In this document: positions 11,224-23,600 of the stretch, piece by piece
Layout of the letters: each line of letters starts with the position of its first letter
Numbering within the stretch: the first letter of the stretch is position 1
NCBI GenBank assembly: GCA_002269645.1
Contig: NIVC01004110.1
Span: 1-60,353, forward strand
Direction: 5' to 3'
Length of the DNA stretch: 60,353 nt
Origin: Macrostomum lignano
Lineage: Eukaryota
Position numbers and translations under genes: made by a program
Notes under the pieces: generated by a model
Databases searched by the model: none
Told to the model about the DNA's origin: nothing
Seen by the model: only the letters and a program-made list of their open reading frames with translations

Positions 11224-12414
11224 TCAGCCAATATTTTCCTGCAGGACTCGCAGCCGCATCTGCGGGTCGATGTACACCTCGTCCAGCTGCCGGGAGAGCG
11301 TGTTGTGCTCACACATCCACTCGCCAGGACTGCGTCGATAGCGCAGCCTGCGGGCCGCTAGAGCCGACATCCGGTAGAACGACACGGCCTGGAAGCAGCT
11401 CTCCACCTTCACCGGCGGCAGGCTGCGCGGCGCGTTCCAAAGCGACTTCTCGTAGTCGACCACCGGGTACTTGGTGTCCTCGCCGAAGCGCTTGTTCAGG
11501 TGGAAGCTCAGCGTGCACGGGTCGTAGAGGTGGCTGTCCTGAGTAGTGTGGGCGCACAGCTGCTGCAGCTTGGGCTTGGCCGCAAAGTAGTAAAGTCCCT
11601 GGGCGATGCTGTCCAGATCCCAGTCCTGCCAGGTGATGTCCGGGTCCACGATCAGCAGGAGCGATGCCCGGTCGGCCAGGTGCTCGTAGATGTAGTCCAG
11701 GTACAGGTTGCGGAGGGCGGACATGATCAGGCCGCGCTCGACCTCCTCGGAGAAGGTGCGGTTTATTTGGACACCTGGCAGGTGCTGGCGGCCGCTGCCG
11801 TAGCGGACGTTGATTTCGCACGGCAGCGCAGAGTTGACCCGGCCGCAGCCCAGCAGCCGCACATTCGGGTCGGTCAGCGTCATGTTGTACAGGAAGCTGC
11901 GAGTCGAGTCTGTCGAGTCGTTCTCGACCAGCACCAGCCAGGAATCGTTGAACAGAGCTCTGAGGCGCTGGACATTGTGCATGGTGCTCGGCAGGCCGTC
12001 CATGCCGTTGCGCACGGTGGCTGCCACCACCGCCGACTGGCTGTGGAGCCACGCCCTGCCGGCCGCTGCTCGGCGCGAGCGGCTCCTCTCGGCTTCGGAG
12101 AGCCGCATGAGCGGCAGCAGCAGGCCGGGCCTGTCGAAGCGGTACAGCGACTCGCGCATGCCGCGGACCAGCCGGTTGTAGTTCTCCTCGAAGGTGCCGT
12201 CACGCATTCGCTCTGACAGTCCGGAGATTTTATTATCAAAACCGGGGCGCTTCAGCTGCAGGGCGGTCAGCAGTAGGGTCACGGCGACGGCCACCGTGGT
12301 GATGCCTATTAGGACATTTCGCTCAGTCAACCAGAGAACGCGGCGATTTCCGAGTTGTCTGGAGCAGAAGAGGCTCCCGGAAGTGTTGATCAGACGAGGT
12401 CCAGTAATTAGCAT
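11224..12414 (-). CDS. Intronless type II membrane GT-A glycosyltransferase, CAP59/GT69 mannosyltransferase-like, 396 aa
   Basis: Uninterrupted ORF. One N-terminal TM segment (NVLIGITTVAVAVTLLLTALQL). Motifs LVLVENDSTDST, MSALRNLYLD, DxD motif IVDPDI, LYDPCTL, PVKVESCFQAVSFY and CEHNTL. Minus-strand AATAAA near 11011-11016. The family label is tentative. Confidence 0.8.
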   Translation of the reverse strand: MLITGPRLINTSGSLFCSRQLGNRRVLWLTERNVLIGITTVAVAVTLLLTALQLKRPGFDNKISGLSERMRDGTFEENYNRLVRGMRESLYRFDRPGLLLPLMRLSEAERSRSRRAAAGRAWLHSQSAVVAATVRNGMDGLPSTMHNVQRLRALFNDSWLVLVENDSTDSTRSFLYNMTLTDPNVRLLGCGRVNSALPCEINVRYGSGRQHLPGVQINRTFSEEVERGLIMSALRNLYLDYIYEHLADRASLLLIVDPDITWQDWDLDSIAQGLYYFAAKPKLQQLCAHTTQDSHLYDPCTLSFHLNKRFGEDTKYPVVDYEKSLWNAPRSLPPVKVESCFQAVSFYRMSALAARRLRYRRSPGEWMCEHNTLSRQLDEVYIDPQMRLRVLQENIG

Positions 12415-12535
12415 GGTTCAAATATCTTAAAAAAATATTATCAATGCTATTTTAGGTTCCATATGCTTCTGCACTGGCATGTCTTGAAGATATAGAAGGC
12501 GAACTTTGGTTTGCAAGCCTTCTGATTTGACCGCC

Positions 12536-12629
12536 CGTCTGATTGGGGAGAAAATCTCAGAAACCAAGCACGAGTGCGTACGTACTGTACCGTGGGCACA
12601 GTGTGCACACACAGCCGTCTGATTGGTTG
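12536..12629 (-). promoter_or_regulatory. Two identical CCAATCAGACGG boxes (CCAAT/NF-Y-like) upstream of the glycosyltransferase
   Basis: The 12-mer CCGTCTGATTGG occurs twice on + (near 12536 and 12616), about 120-215 bp upstream of the ATG. Confidence 0.45.
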
Positions 12630-12912
12630 CAGAGTGGGGTGGGTGTCGCCAACTAAACAAATTCACGCACTTATAATATGAGTTTGGCTGCGCACTTGAT
12701 ATTGCCAATGTACACTCGCATCAGCTATTGCAGTCAACTATGAAGTTAAGAATAAATACCTTCAAACGGAAATGCATCAGTTCTATCAATGCCATGATAT
12801 ACAGCCTTTTAAAGTACAGGATACACGCTAGTAATGTTTGAAGAAGCACTATCCATGAGATCAAGATTTCAAGCATAATACACCCCATTGCCTTGACCCA
12901 GTGCATCTTAGC

Positions 12913-13290
12913 TTCCTTGAGCCATGGCATCTCAGTGACTGTCCCCTGAGCCATGGCATCTGAGTGTCTGTCCCTTGAGCCATGGCATCTCAGTGGCTGT
13001 CCCTTGAGCCATGGCATCCCAATGACTGTCCCCTGAGCCATGGCATCTGAGTGTCTGTCCCTTGAGCCATGGCATCTCAGTGGCTGTCCCTTGAGCCATG
13101 GCATCTCAGTGACTGTCCCCTGAGCCATGGCATCTGAGTGTCTGTCCCTTGAGCCATGGCATCTCAGTGGCTGTCCCTTGAGCCATGGCATCCCAATGAC
13201 TGTCCCTTGAGCCATGGCATCTCAGTGACGACTGTCCCTTGAGCCATGGCATCTCAATGACGACTGCCCCTTGAGCCATGGCATCTCTTT
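12913..13290. repeat. 29-bp minisatellite (CCCTTGAGCCATGGCATCTCAGTGACTGT)n
   Basis: About 12 copies with a recurring variant pattern; each unit contains the palindrome GCCATGGC. Confidence 0.95.
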
Positions 13291-13881
13291 ATACTTGGCA
13301 TCTCAGCAATTTCCCTGTGATCGATGGAATTTCAGCAACTCTCTCCATGAGCCATGGCCTAACTCCAACACTATAACGCTAACCTGCAATACTGAAGCGC
13401 AATAAGGCTTTTTCAAATTTCAAAATATTCAAAACTGCGTGTACAAAATCGCTGGTGCTCCATCCGGAGACCAAAAATCTTCGGTTTCCCGGGTTTCGCT
13501 GAAACCAATAACTTTGAATAAATATCGTCTTTTTGGTTATTGAAGCAGAATATTCTCGCGAAATGTTACTGTGGACAGCGTATATTTGCAAGTACAAACA
13601 TATTCAGCGATATTATACTGGCAGCTCAGTCGAGCAAGAACACCAATGATCAAATCCATTTCTTCAAGTACCAAATCTACAAAAATATTTAGTTTTAAGG
13701 TAGCTACTCAAATTTTCGACAGTTAAAACCATCTAAGGACAAAAAATTGAATTTAGTATGAATCCAACACGAAAGATAGTACAGTTACACGTACTCTTTC
13801 GGCCAGTCTGTTTCAACAAATTTGATATGCAATTTCGTCATTCCACTTGTAAAACAGCGTTTAAAGTTCTATTTTCGATTG

Positions 13882-14215
13882 CAATGCCAGCGGCAGTGCA
13901 ATTTAGCCACCGGCAGTGCAATTTAGCCAGCGGCATTGCAATTTAGCCACCGGCAGTGCAATTTAGCCACCGGCAGTGCAATTTAGCCACCGGCAGTGCA
14001 ATTTAGCCACCGGCAGTGCAATTTAGCCACCGGCATTGCATATTTAGCCACCGGCAGTGCAATTTAGCCACCGGCAGTGCAATTTAGCCACCGGCAGTGC
14101 AATTTAGCCACCGGCATTGCATATTTAGCCACCGGCAGTGCAATTTAGCCACCGGCAGTGCAATTTAGCCACCGGCAGTGCAATTTAGCCACCGGCATTG
14201 CATATTTAGCCACCG
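13882..14215. repeat. 20-bp minisatellite (GCAATTTAGCCACCGGCAGT)n
   Basis: About 16 copies, some 21-bp variants. Confidence 0.95.
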
Positions 14216-14328
14216 GCTTCAGGATTGTTCCGAGTATAAGCTTTAGAAAATATAGGCTTCAAAAAGTGTCTCTATAGTTTTCAGTGGGTTTCATTACAGA
14301 ATTTGCCCGCCAGTCGCACCTGTCCGCA

Positions 14329-15267
14329 TCAGCTGCTGGCCGCGCCGCCACCGCCGGCGTCGCCTTTTTCGTAGAGAAAGTCGCCCGGCTCGAAGCCGCC
14401 GTAGGCCAGCTCGGCCGCCGTGGGCTGCCGGCACCGCCACATGCGCTCACGGAAGCGGTCTCTGGGCGGCTTCACCAGGCTCAGGATGTCCCGGCCGCGC
14501 TCCCGGTACCGCGGCAGCGGCCCGAAGTACGAATAGAAAGGCGAATTGGTGGCGGCCGACGATACGAAAGCCGCGTCGGTGGTGGCGGCGACCAGTTTGT
14601 CGACTTCCAGATCGTCGTGCGCGTCTCCGAAAGTGCGGCGTCGGCGTTTCTGCCTGAGCCGCAGGATCCGCGTGAACTGGCCGGATTTGCGCGCGGACAT
14701 GGCGGCCAGGTGGCTGCGGCGGTACTTGGCCGGGTCGTCCGCGGCCACCGGCTGGAGCTGCGGCACCGGCGCGCCGTCGGTTTTCTCCGTTGTCGTCTGC
14801 GGCGTCATCGGCGGCGGCGGGGTCGGCGGCGGCGGTAGCGGCGAGGACAGCTGGCGCTGAACCGGCACCGCGGCCCCGGTTGGAACCGGCCTGGCGATGG
14901 TCTCGGGTTCGATTCTTGTCAGCGAACGCCGCGGCGGCGGCTGCTCTCGCGGCGCCGGCTTCAGCGGCCTTGTGGAGATCGATGCCTCCACGGCGATGGA
15001 GGTGACGCGGAGCGAGCGCTGCAGGCGGAATGCCAGACTGTCCGCGATGGGCAACTTCGTCGGCTGTAGAGTCGCCGCCGTCCGGGACGGCTGCTGCCCG
15101 GCTGGTTGGCTGGTCGACGGCATCCTCCGCCTCTGCGGGAACTGCTGGTAGGTGCGGCAGTCGATGCAGTTGATCTGCCTGGTGTGACGGCAGTTCTGAA
15201 AGTCGTCGCCGCCGCCGCTTCTGGAAGCAGAAGTGCCGACTCGCTGCTGCTGCTGCGGCAGAGACAT
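14329..15267 (-). CDS. Uncharacterised basic, largely disordered single-exon protein (~313 aa)
   Basis: GC-rich ORF starting MSLPQQQQ at 15267, with a CxH-x5-CxxC-like motif, a Pro-rich middle and Arg-rich segments. The C-terminus may extend to ~14300 if the A5 run near 14365 is mis-called. No family recognised. Confidence 0.6.
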   Translation of the reverse strand: MSLPQQQQRVGTSASRSGGGDDFQNCRHTRQINCIDCRTYQQFPQRRRMPSTSQPAGQQPSRTAATLQPTKLPIADSLAFRLQRSLRVTSIAVEASISTRPLKPAPREQPPPRRSLTRIEPETIARPVPTGAAVPVQRQLSSPLPPPPTPPPPMTPQTTTEKTDGAPVPQLQPVAADDPAKYRRSHLAAMSARKSGQFTRILRLRQKRRRRTFGDAHDDLEVDKLVAATTDAAFVSSAATNSPFYSYFGPLPRYRERGRDILSLVKPPRDRFRERMWRCRQPTAAELAYGGFEPGDFLYEKGDAGGGGAASS

Positions 15268-15927
15268 GAGCTCTCTGTTTCTGCGTCCCTTGTCAGTGCG
15301 ACCGTCTCTGAGCCCGATTTTGCTGGCGGGACAGCGGAAAGGCAAGGCAATCAACAAACTATATTGGGATGTGTCGGTTGAGGAAGGGTTTGTGATGCCA
15401 TTTGACGGCGATGGTTGAGAATTTCAATTTGGGGAATTTCCGCTGGGATGACGCAAATTGCTGGATTGATGGGAATGCGCATGGGGAGAGGGGATGGGGC
15501 TTTGGGAGCTTTAGGACGATGCGGGCGGGCACGCGGGTGAGCTGCTGCATGCAGGGTGGAGACGAGGTCCGGGTACTGCTGCACAGGCTTAAAGCGCGAG
15601 GCCAAGGGGAAACAATGACTATGAATGGGACTAATAAAAAACTTTATCAGCCAGAAAGCATTTTCACCAAGCTACAAAGCGGACTTGTGCATCCCCTCAT
15701 TCATCTACATGTAGCCATCTCCCATATCGGGCCGCCGGAGGCTGGCAATCTTCATCCGCCCATAAAAACTGGAAAAAATTGCTACATGGTTTTGAATGGA
15801 ATTAAAATTTTCTGCTCAAACTGATTGTTGTAACAAAAATATTAGCTGGCTTTTGCACAGCTTGTGTACCTCGGGGGATATGCTAAATGTTCGCCCGCTT
15901 TTGGGTGATCAGAAATTTTAAAACCGG

Positions 15928-16191
15928 GACAGTGATTGGTGACAGTGATTGGTGACAGTGATTAGTGACAGTGATTGGTGACAGTGATTGGTGACAGTGA
16001 TTGGTGACAGTGATTGGTGACAGTGATTGGTGACAGTGATTAGTGACAGTGATTGGTGACAGTGATTGGTGACAGTGATTGGTGACAGTGATTGGTGACA
16101 GTGATTGGTGACAGTGATTGGTGACAGTGATTGGTGACAGTGATTGGTGACAGTGATTGGTGACAGTGATTGGTGACAGTGATTGGTGACA
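15928..16191. repeat. 13-bp minisatellite (GGTGACAGTGATT)n
   Basis: About 20 near-perfect copies. Confidence 0.97.
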
Positions 16192-16459
16192 TTTGGTTCG
16201 CATGTTACGAGCTAAAATGGTTCAGGCTTGACTAGCCAATATTATTGTATTGAAATAATACCAGTATATAAGCTCAAATACCGCATGTACTGATGTACTG
16301 CTAATGCCTCTAGTTCCCGTTTCAACTGACTGTATTTTCGATAATTGCCCCATTGTAAGTGCGCGAACTGTTTTCATGTAATAATGTAACTAATATCGAT
16401 TGTTTACATTATTCTTTATCAGCACTAGCAAGCTGCGATTTTGTACACTCGCACTGAGT

Positions 16460-16917
<458 letters not shown>

Positions 16918-16925
16918 ACCACCAG

Positions 16926-17454
16926 TGACAACTACGGAGCGTTACTTCCTGGGATTCACCGACATGCTGAAGGAGGCCAGTAGGAGTCGCAGCGGCTGGC
17001 TGAGCACTGCTGATGGAGAGCTTCCGGTCAACAGCCTCATTGACTCAATTTGGTACCCAAACAGACCGGATAACCGAAAACAATCTGACGACTGCCTGCA
17101 ACTGTACAGCGACCATGGAACTACGCCGCTAACAGTGCTGGACAGTTACTGCGACAGCCGTTACGGCCTTATCTGCGAACCCGGGCCCCAGTCCTACAGC
17201 AGCAACAGCACCAGCGTCTTTGCAAAATCGCCCTTCCCACCCAGCCTCCCGAGACCGTTCCGTTCTACTGCCGCGGCGAGGAGCTGACTGTCTGGAACCG
17301 TTTTCACTGCGTGTCCCTGTGCCCCGCCAACCCGGTGTGCAAGTCCGTCCTGTTCAACACGGCCACCCGCGCCTGCCGCCAGGTTGTGCACGGAGACACC
17401 GCCGTGGAGGCCGCCATCGAAACGGACGCCAACTGGCAGAAGTTTTCGCGTTGA
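16926..17454 (+). CDS. Terminal exon encoding the C-terminal half of a C-type lectin domain plus a PAN/Apple domain
   Basis: After a CAG acceptor at 16923-16925: YFLGFTD..WYPNRPDN..DDCLQL..DSYC..GLICE (CTLD). After a 1-bp shift at the C run 17248-17250: FYCRGEELTVWNRFHCVSLCPANPVCKSVLFNTATRAC (PAN). Upstream exons not identified. Confidence 0.75.
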
Positions 17455-17944
17455 GTTGACGCGAGCGCCATCGGCCGAGATCGCATCATCAGGAAACTGA
17501 AAACAACTGACTTTACTTTCCAGTAGTCGGCTTCTGTAATTTTCACAAACCCCGTCAATCTCCTCAACTGAAATTGAAATTAAAGATTTTGTTATTCTCA
17601 ATTATGACTTATTTTTTGTTATATTTTCCTTCTATCGCTATTGAACAATTATTCAAATATTCTTTCACTGAAGCTGTGCGAGCTGAACTGTTTAAAAACC
17701 GCAATTCCCCCTCAAGAATCTGTACCGCCAGTTCTAACTGATTTTCAATCTCAATGAATATTTTAAGAACCTATTCAATGTTTGACATTTCCGGAGGACC
17801 CTCAAACAGCAGAAAACTTTAAAAAAATTGACGAATGTGGAAGTAGACGCACAAAAACTGTCAAGAGGATTTGAGAAAGCAATCATTTCGCATTGTCGTT
17901 GCCAAGTACATAATTCAAGCAACCATCTGCAGTAAGTCTCGGCG

Positions 17945-18302
17945 CGGCATCCAGGATGGTGATTCCCGGCGGATCCATGATGGTGAGTCCCGGTGCATCC
18001 ATGATGGTGAGTCCCGGTGCATCCATGATGGTGAGTCCCGGTGCATCCATGATGGTGAGTCCCGGTGCGGCATCCATGATGGTGAGTCCCGGTGCATCCA
18101 TGATGGTGAGTCCCGGTGCGGCATCCATGATGGTGAGTCCCGGTGCATCCATGATGGTGAGTCCCGGCGCGGCATCCATGATGGTGATTCCCGGCGAATC
18201 CATGATGGTGAGTCCCGGTGCATCCATGATAGTGAGTCCCGGTGCATCCATGATAGTGAGTCCCGGTGCATTCATGATGGTGAGTCCCGGTGCGGCATCC
18301 AT
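17945..18302. repeat. 21/24-bp minisatellite (GATGGTGAGTCCCGGTGCATCCAT-type)
   Basis: About 16 copies. Confidence 0.95.
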
Positions 18303-20614
18303 GGCGGTCTTGGCCACCAACCAGTCCCTGTTCCAGAGTGCAGCCTGTACTTTGGGCCGCTCAAGTCGTCTGAGAATACATCTGGACACAGCTGGACTCC
18401 GGCTGCTGCTTTATGAACACCTGCGCTCTGCGAGTGCGGCTGCAGTCTCTCATCTACTTGCTGCACCCATTGAACCCAAACAGCTGGCACGCTGAAAGCT
18501 GACTTGCTCACAGATGTGCTCATCGGTGTTTGCAAGAACTCAGCCCCTCACGCATTTCAGGCCGTCAGTTGCGTGAAACGCGGAGCACGAAAGCGGCAGA
18601 AACGGCGGTGGACTCCTAGTTTTATTACCTTTTAACATTTGATCTTGTTGGCTTGCTTTGTTGCTTTGATGAACCTCTTGGTGGAGGCTGGTAAAAGTCA
18701 TGATCCTGAGAAACTTCCACGACCAAAAACCACAGACATATGCCTCCTGCTCGAAGTTCCCGAATACTGCCGGGTTAGCTGTTGATATAGTTAATTGATA
18801 GTTACGCTGTTGATGCTTATCAACCACAAACCCCCGCGCACCAATCCCACCTCCTTTCTACTGTTCGAAATCATACATGCATGTGACAGTTTATAACCTC
18901 TTACATGTATCTCGCCAAGCCTTTTCCCTCGTGTTGCGTAATCCCCAATCATAAATCTTTTTCTTCGCTGCGCCATACTCCAAATTCTCGTCCAATCACA
19001 GCGCGGCTGGCGGGTGACGCGTCATCGAGGACACAGAGCGTGCCGCATGTCTCAGACACTTTGTACGCTATACAGCAACGCAGTCACAACAAATTCCACA
19101 CAATATGCAAAATTTACATTGAAATATAGTCGTCAACGAAAAGTACAGGGTTTTCTGAAATCGATCGCATACCTACCCACAAGCAAGCATACAAACCTTA
19201 GAGATTTAGTATATTTAGAAGTTCAATGCTTTTTTCTTCCTGAGAACAGTAGTAAATTAAGCCTGATGTATAGTGTACATGTATACTGTAATGTCCAAAT
19301 CGTGGGATGAATGAATCATTAAAATGATCGCTTCATAACTTGTCAAATGTTTTTCGTCGATCTTGTCTAGTCTGATCTCACGCACACAAAGAAAACTTAG
19401 TTATGAATTATTTGGAAAGCTATGTTTAAATAAATATTACGATTATTTGTTGGTATTCATCTTTGTTGTGTTAAAATATGTGTAAAATTTTTACAGCGTA
19501 CATTCAAAAAGTAAACAAAAGTTACAGGAGGCTTTCGGTTTCGGCCCACTAATCGACAGATCATTGTTAAAATTCGAATGGAAATGATATTATTAAGACT
19601 TAAAATAATTAAGAAAATACCAGTGAAACCACGATCAAATTTTTTTTTCAATTAGCCCCCCCCCTACGTTATGCTAAATATGTTTGCATTTGTGAACATT
19701 ATTCTCATAACATAAACTCTACTGTAACGTAAGGTAGATAAGTACTACACTGGAACTCAACTGGAAGTGTAATATCAATAATAATCTTTGCAATGTAGAC
19801 CTACATTGATTTGATAGGGACTCCAGTGAGATTTTAAAAGTTATTTTTAATTTTAGTATCTTTTATTCCATCCATTTAATAAATCTCTTCTCCTGGACCT
19901 GAGTAGGCCTAACAGGACACCATACTTTTGAAAATTGGTCAAGTAGGCCTAATAATAAAATACAAAACTTCTTGTATCTTAAATTTTCAACATGCATTTT
20001 ATAATGCATTAGACACTGATCACATAGATTAGTTTTGGCTAGGTCTAAAAACTTGGTTTTTACTCATATTTTTAAATCTTTCCAATAACTATTTTACTAA
20101 CTTTTCTTAACCAATTTCTATGCCCAATACTCAATAGGCCTATGTCATTGTTAATTTGTTTAGCTTTTGCCTTTTTATCCTTGGCCTTATCTATCAAATT
20201 AATAAAAATAAATCAAACATAGCATTATAGCCACAGCTTAGGCCTAGCCAAACTTTGCAACAATGCCTAAAAGTCAATCTTAGAGTTAGACCTAAAATGC
20301 ATAAGAAGACTAAGTAGGTTAGGCCTAGGCATAGCCGCATAGGCATACAAAAACAATTTTTTACCATTTTTGCTATTACTAGACCTAGGCCTAGCATATT
20401 TAATTCCTATTTCCTTTTGTAATAAACATAATTTAATAGTTTTAAGAGCCTAAAAGTTGTTTTTCAAGCCTAACTAAAGGCAACAAAGCTAACTTTCTAA
20501 AAAAGTAAAAACAAAGAAAAAATGTAAAAAATTCTATATGTGCATGGCTATCTAATTATAGCTTGTAATATAGAATATTTGTTAAAAATTAAAAAAATAT
20601 ATATTTTATTATAT

Positions 20615-23600
20615 CAGGGTGACCGTGGTCAGGGAAAGTCAGGGAAAGTCAGGGAAAAAAAATGTGGTCTGGAAAGTCAGGGAAAGTCAGGGAAATTCTT
20701 AGGAAGTCAGGGAAAATTTGAAAGTAAATTAGAAAATTGAAGAAAAAAATTGTGAGACAAGAAAGAGGCTAATTGATAGCACTAAGTAGCTCGAATAGTA
20801 AATCTGTTTTGTTTGTTCCATGTATTTTTGTTTTTAAAAGCTGGTATTTGAAATTGGCAGATACTTGTTCTTAAATGAATAATTTATGGGCTTGTAGGCC
20901 TACATATTGCTAATCTATAATTGCTGTGCTAATCACACTGACAGTAAAATATATAGTCCATACTATGATAATATATTAACCAGGCCATTAATAGAAAGGT
21001 GTATATTTTGTTTTAATCACTATTTATTGTTATTCTTTTGTATAAATTTATATAGCATTTAGGTTTATATTAGACTTATAATATTATAGTATAAATAAGT
21101 TGGTGTAAATACTAAATAGCTTGCTAATGTTATATTGTTACATATATAATTATTTTATTTTTATGTACACCTTACTACTAACTCCTTCCAGTTCCAGCCT
21201 TATGAGTTCCACTTCAAAAAAAACAACTTACTATGACAAGAAGTGGGAAGAGGAATTCTCCTGGGTGACTTCCTACTCGGGCAATCGAAATGCAGCTTAC
21301 TGCAAAAGCTGCGAAAAGAAAGTCGAACTTTCCAATATGGGAAAGACGGCCTTAACTTCCCATGCTAAAGGAAAAACTCATCTAAATCGGATGAGTGCCG
21401 TTGCAACAACATCAAGTATTCGAGCATTCTGTATGCCATCGGGCAGCACTACTAGTGGCGGTACTGTTGCTGCAGTTGCTGCTACAAATGACGAAGTACT
21501 AAAAGGTTTAAAGAACAGTGCTGAGCAAGCTGAGCTACTGTGGGTTTTTTACATGGTAGACGAGCACTTTTCATTTCGCTCAGCAGCTGGAATTACTGAT
21601 CGATTCAAAGCCATGTTTACCGACAGTGCCATTGCAAAGGAAATGTCCCTTGGCTACGACAAAGTCCGATACATAATCAACTTCGGATTGGCACCATTCC
21701 TAAAGGAGCAGCTAACAACTATTTTGAATAACCAACGGTTCTTTTCTGTTAGCTTTGACGAGAGTTTAAACAAAATCATGCAGCAATCGCAAATGGACAT
21801 TCATGTTCGTGTCTGGACTGAGGAAGACTCAACTGAGCCTCCAGTAAAGACATTTTACTTCGATTCTCAATTTCTTCATTCATGCACTGCAGCCAATCTC
21901 TTGGAGTCTTTCCTAGCATCTTTCAATGGCATCTCTGCCAGCAAGCTATTGCAAGTGGGCATGGATGGACCTAATGTCAACTGGGCCTTTCACAAGCTAC
22001 TGGATGCCTATGTTGCTAGTAGTAGTGCTACAGATGCAAAGATCATTCACTGCGGATCCTGCAGTCTACATCGAGTCCACAGAGCATTTAATCAGGGTGT
22101 CTTAGCCAGTGGTTGGGACATTGAAGCTCTTTTGAGCTCCTTGTACTACCTGTTCAAAGATGCGCCTGCACGTCGCAATGACTTCATTGAGGCCACAGGT
22201 ACACGTGTGTTCCCTCTCAAGTTCTGTGCCTGTCGTTGGCTAGAAAATGTCACTGTTGCTGAGCGTGCACTTGCCATTTGGCCCGACTTATGTACCTATG
22301 TACAAGCTGCTTCACAGAATAAGGCAATGAAAGCACATGTCAGTGGCAACCGCCACTTTGAGCTCCTGCAGTCTTGCACGAAAAGGCCATTGCAAGCGGC
22401 AAGGTTTGCATTTTTTTATTTATTGCCAAGCCTTTCAACGACTTTTTGACAGAATTTCAAACTGAGTCACCAATGCTGCCCTTCATGGCAGACCGAGTGC
22501 ATGCACTGTTTGTAAGCCTGCTTCATACAGTCTTGAAGCCTCCCGCTCTGAAGCTGTTGTCAACTGTATCACAGTTTGCTATTCACCAAGCTGGTGTCTT
22601 CGAGGACGAGGCCAATTTTCTGCCTGCTGGTTTAACTAATGTTGGTACAGCTGCCCAGGCACTCCTGCAGAAGTCTGGTGTCAGCGAGCTCCAGATTCTT
22701 GGCTTTCGAAAGGATGTCAAGTCATTTGTTACCGCTACAGCAAAGCATCTTCTGAAGAGATGCGTACTAAACTATCCATTTGTTCGTGGATCTCGTTGCT
22801 TGCAGCCTTCTGTGCTGGTGGCAGAATTGGATAGTGACCCACCATCCTCATCACCGGCTCAAGCGGATTTTGATGCGCTTGTCCTGGAAGCCTACACTAA
22901 GGGACGCATCACTGCACAGGAAGCTGACGCTGCAAAGTCCGAGTTCACCCAGTTTCGAACTGTTACAGTTCGTGAGCATCGATTTCAGCTGTCTCAATTC
23001 GACTATAAGTCCTCTTCGACTTGATGTCCTCTTTGCTTCCCTCTTCACTGATTCAACGAGTACCAATAATTTGCAGATCATTGTGAAGATGGTTCTGACA
23101 ACCTTCCATGGGAATGCTGCTGTTGAGCGCGGCTTCAGTGTCAACAAAGAGTGCCTAGAACCAAATCTTCAGGGATTGAGCATTCGTTCTCTCCGACTTG
23201 TGTACGAGTGGCAAAAGGGAAAGACTGCCGCTGAAATCATCGCGAAAGTTACCGAGGAGATGTTGAAGAGTGTGAGAAGTGCCAGGAGTAGGTACAGGGC
23301 CATGTTGGAGCAGCAGCGAGCAGAAGCATCTCATCGGAAATACGAGGAATCAAGGAAAAGGAAGGATGCAACGGTGCTGGAGCTCCAGTCGAAGCGAAAG
23401 AAGCTCCTGCTTGATGTTGCAGTTCTCACCAAAGATGCGGATAGCCTCGTGTACCAATGTGAGACGGATTCAAACATGAGCCTACTCGTGAAGTCAAATG
23501 CACTGCGTAGTGCTGCACAACAGAAAAAGGAAGAAGTGAAGAAGGTAGAGAAAGAGATTGTAGCACTTGAAGGTACGATTCCTCATTGAACTCAATTTTA

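Noticed and set aside
12913-16191. Regular short repeats as possible CRISPR arrays
   Set aside because: Units are head-to-tail without unique spacers, the context is eukaryotic, and there are no cas genes.
17860-18495. Possible two-exon gene around the 21/24-bp array (GTAAGT donor near 17933)
   Set aside because: Short, no recognisable domain, and the frame is ambiguous.
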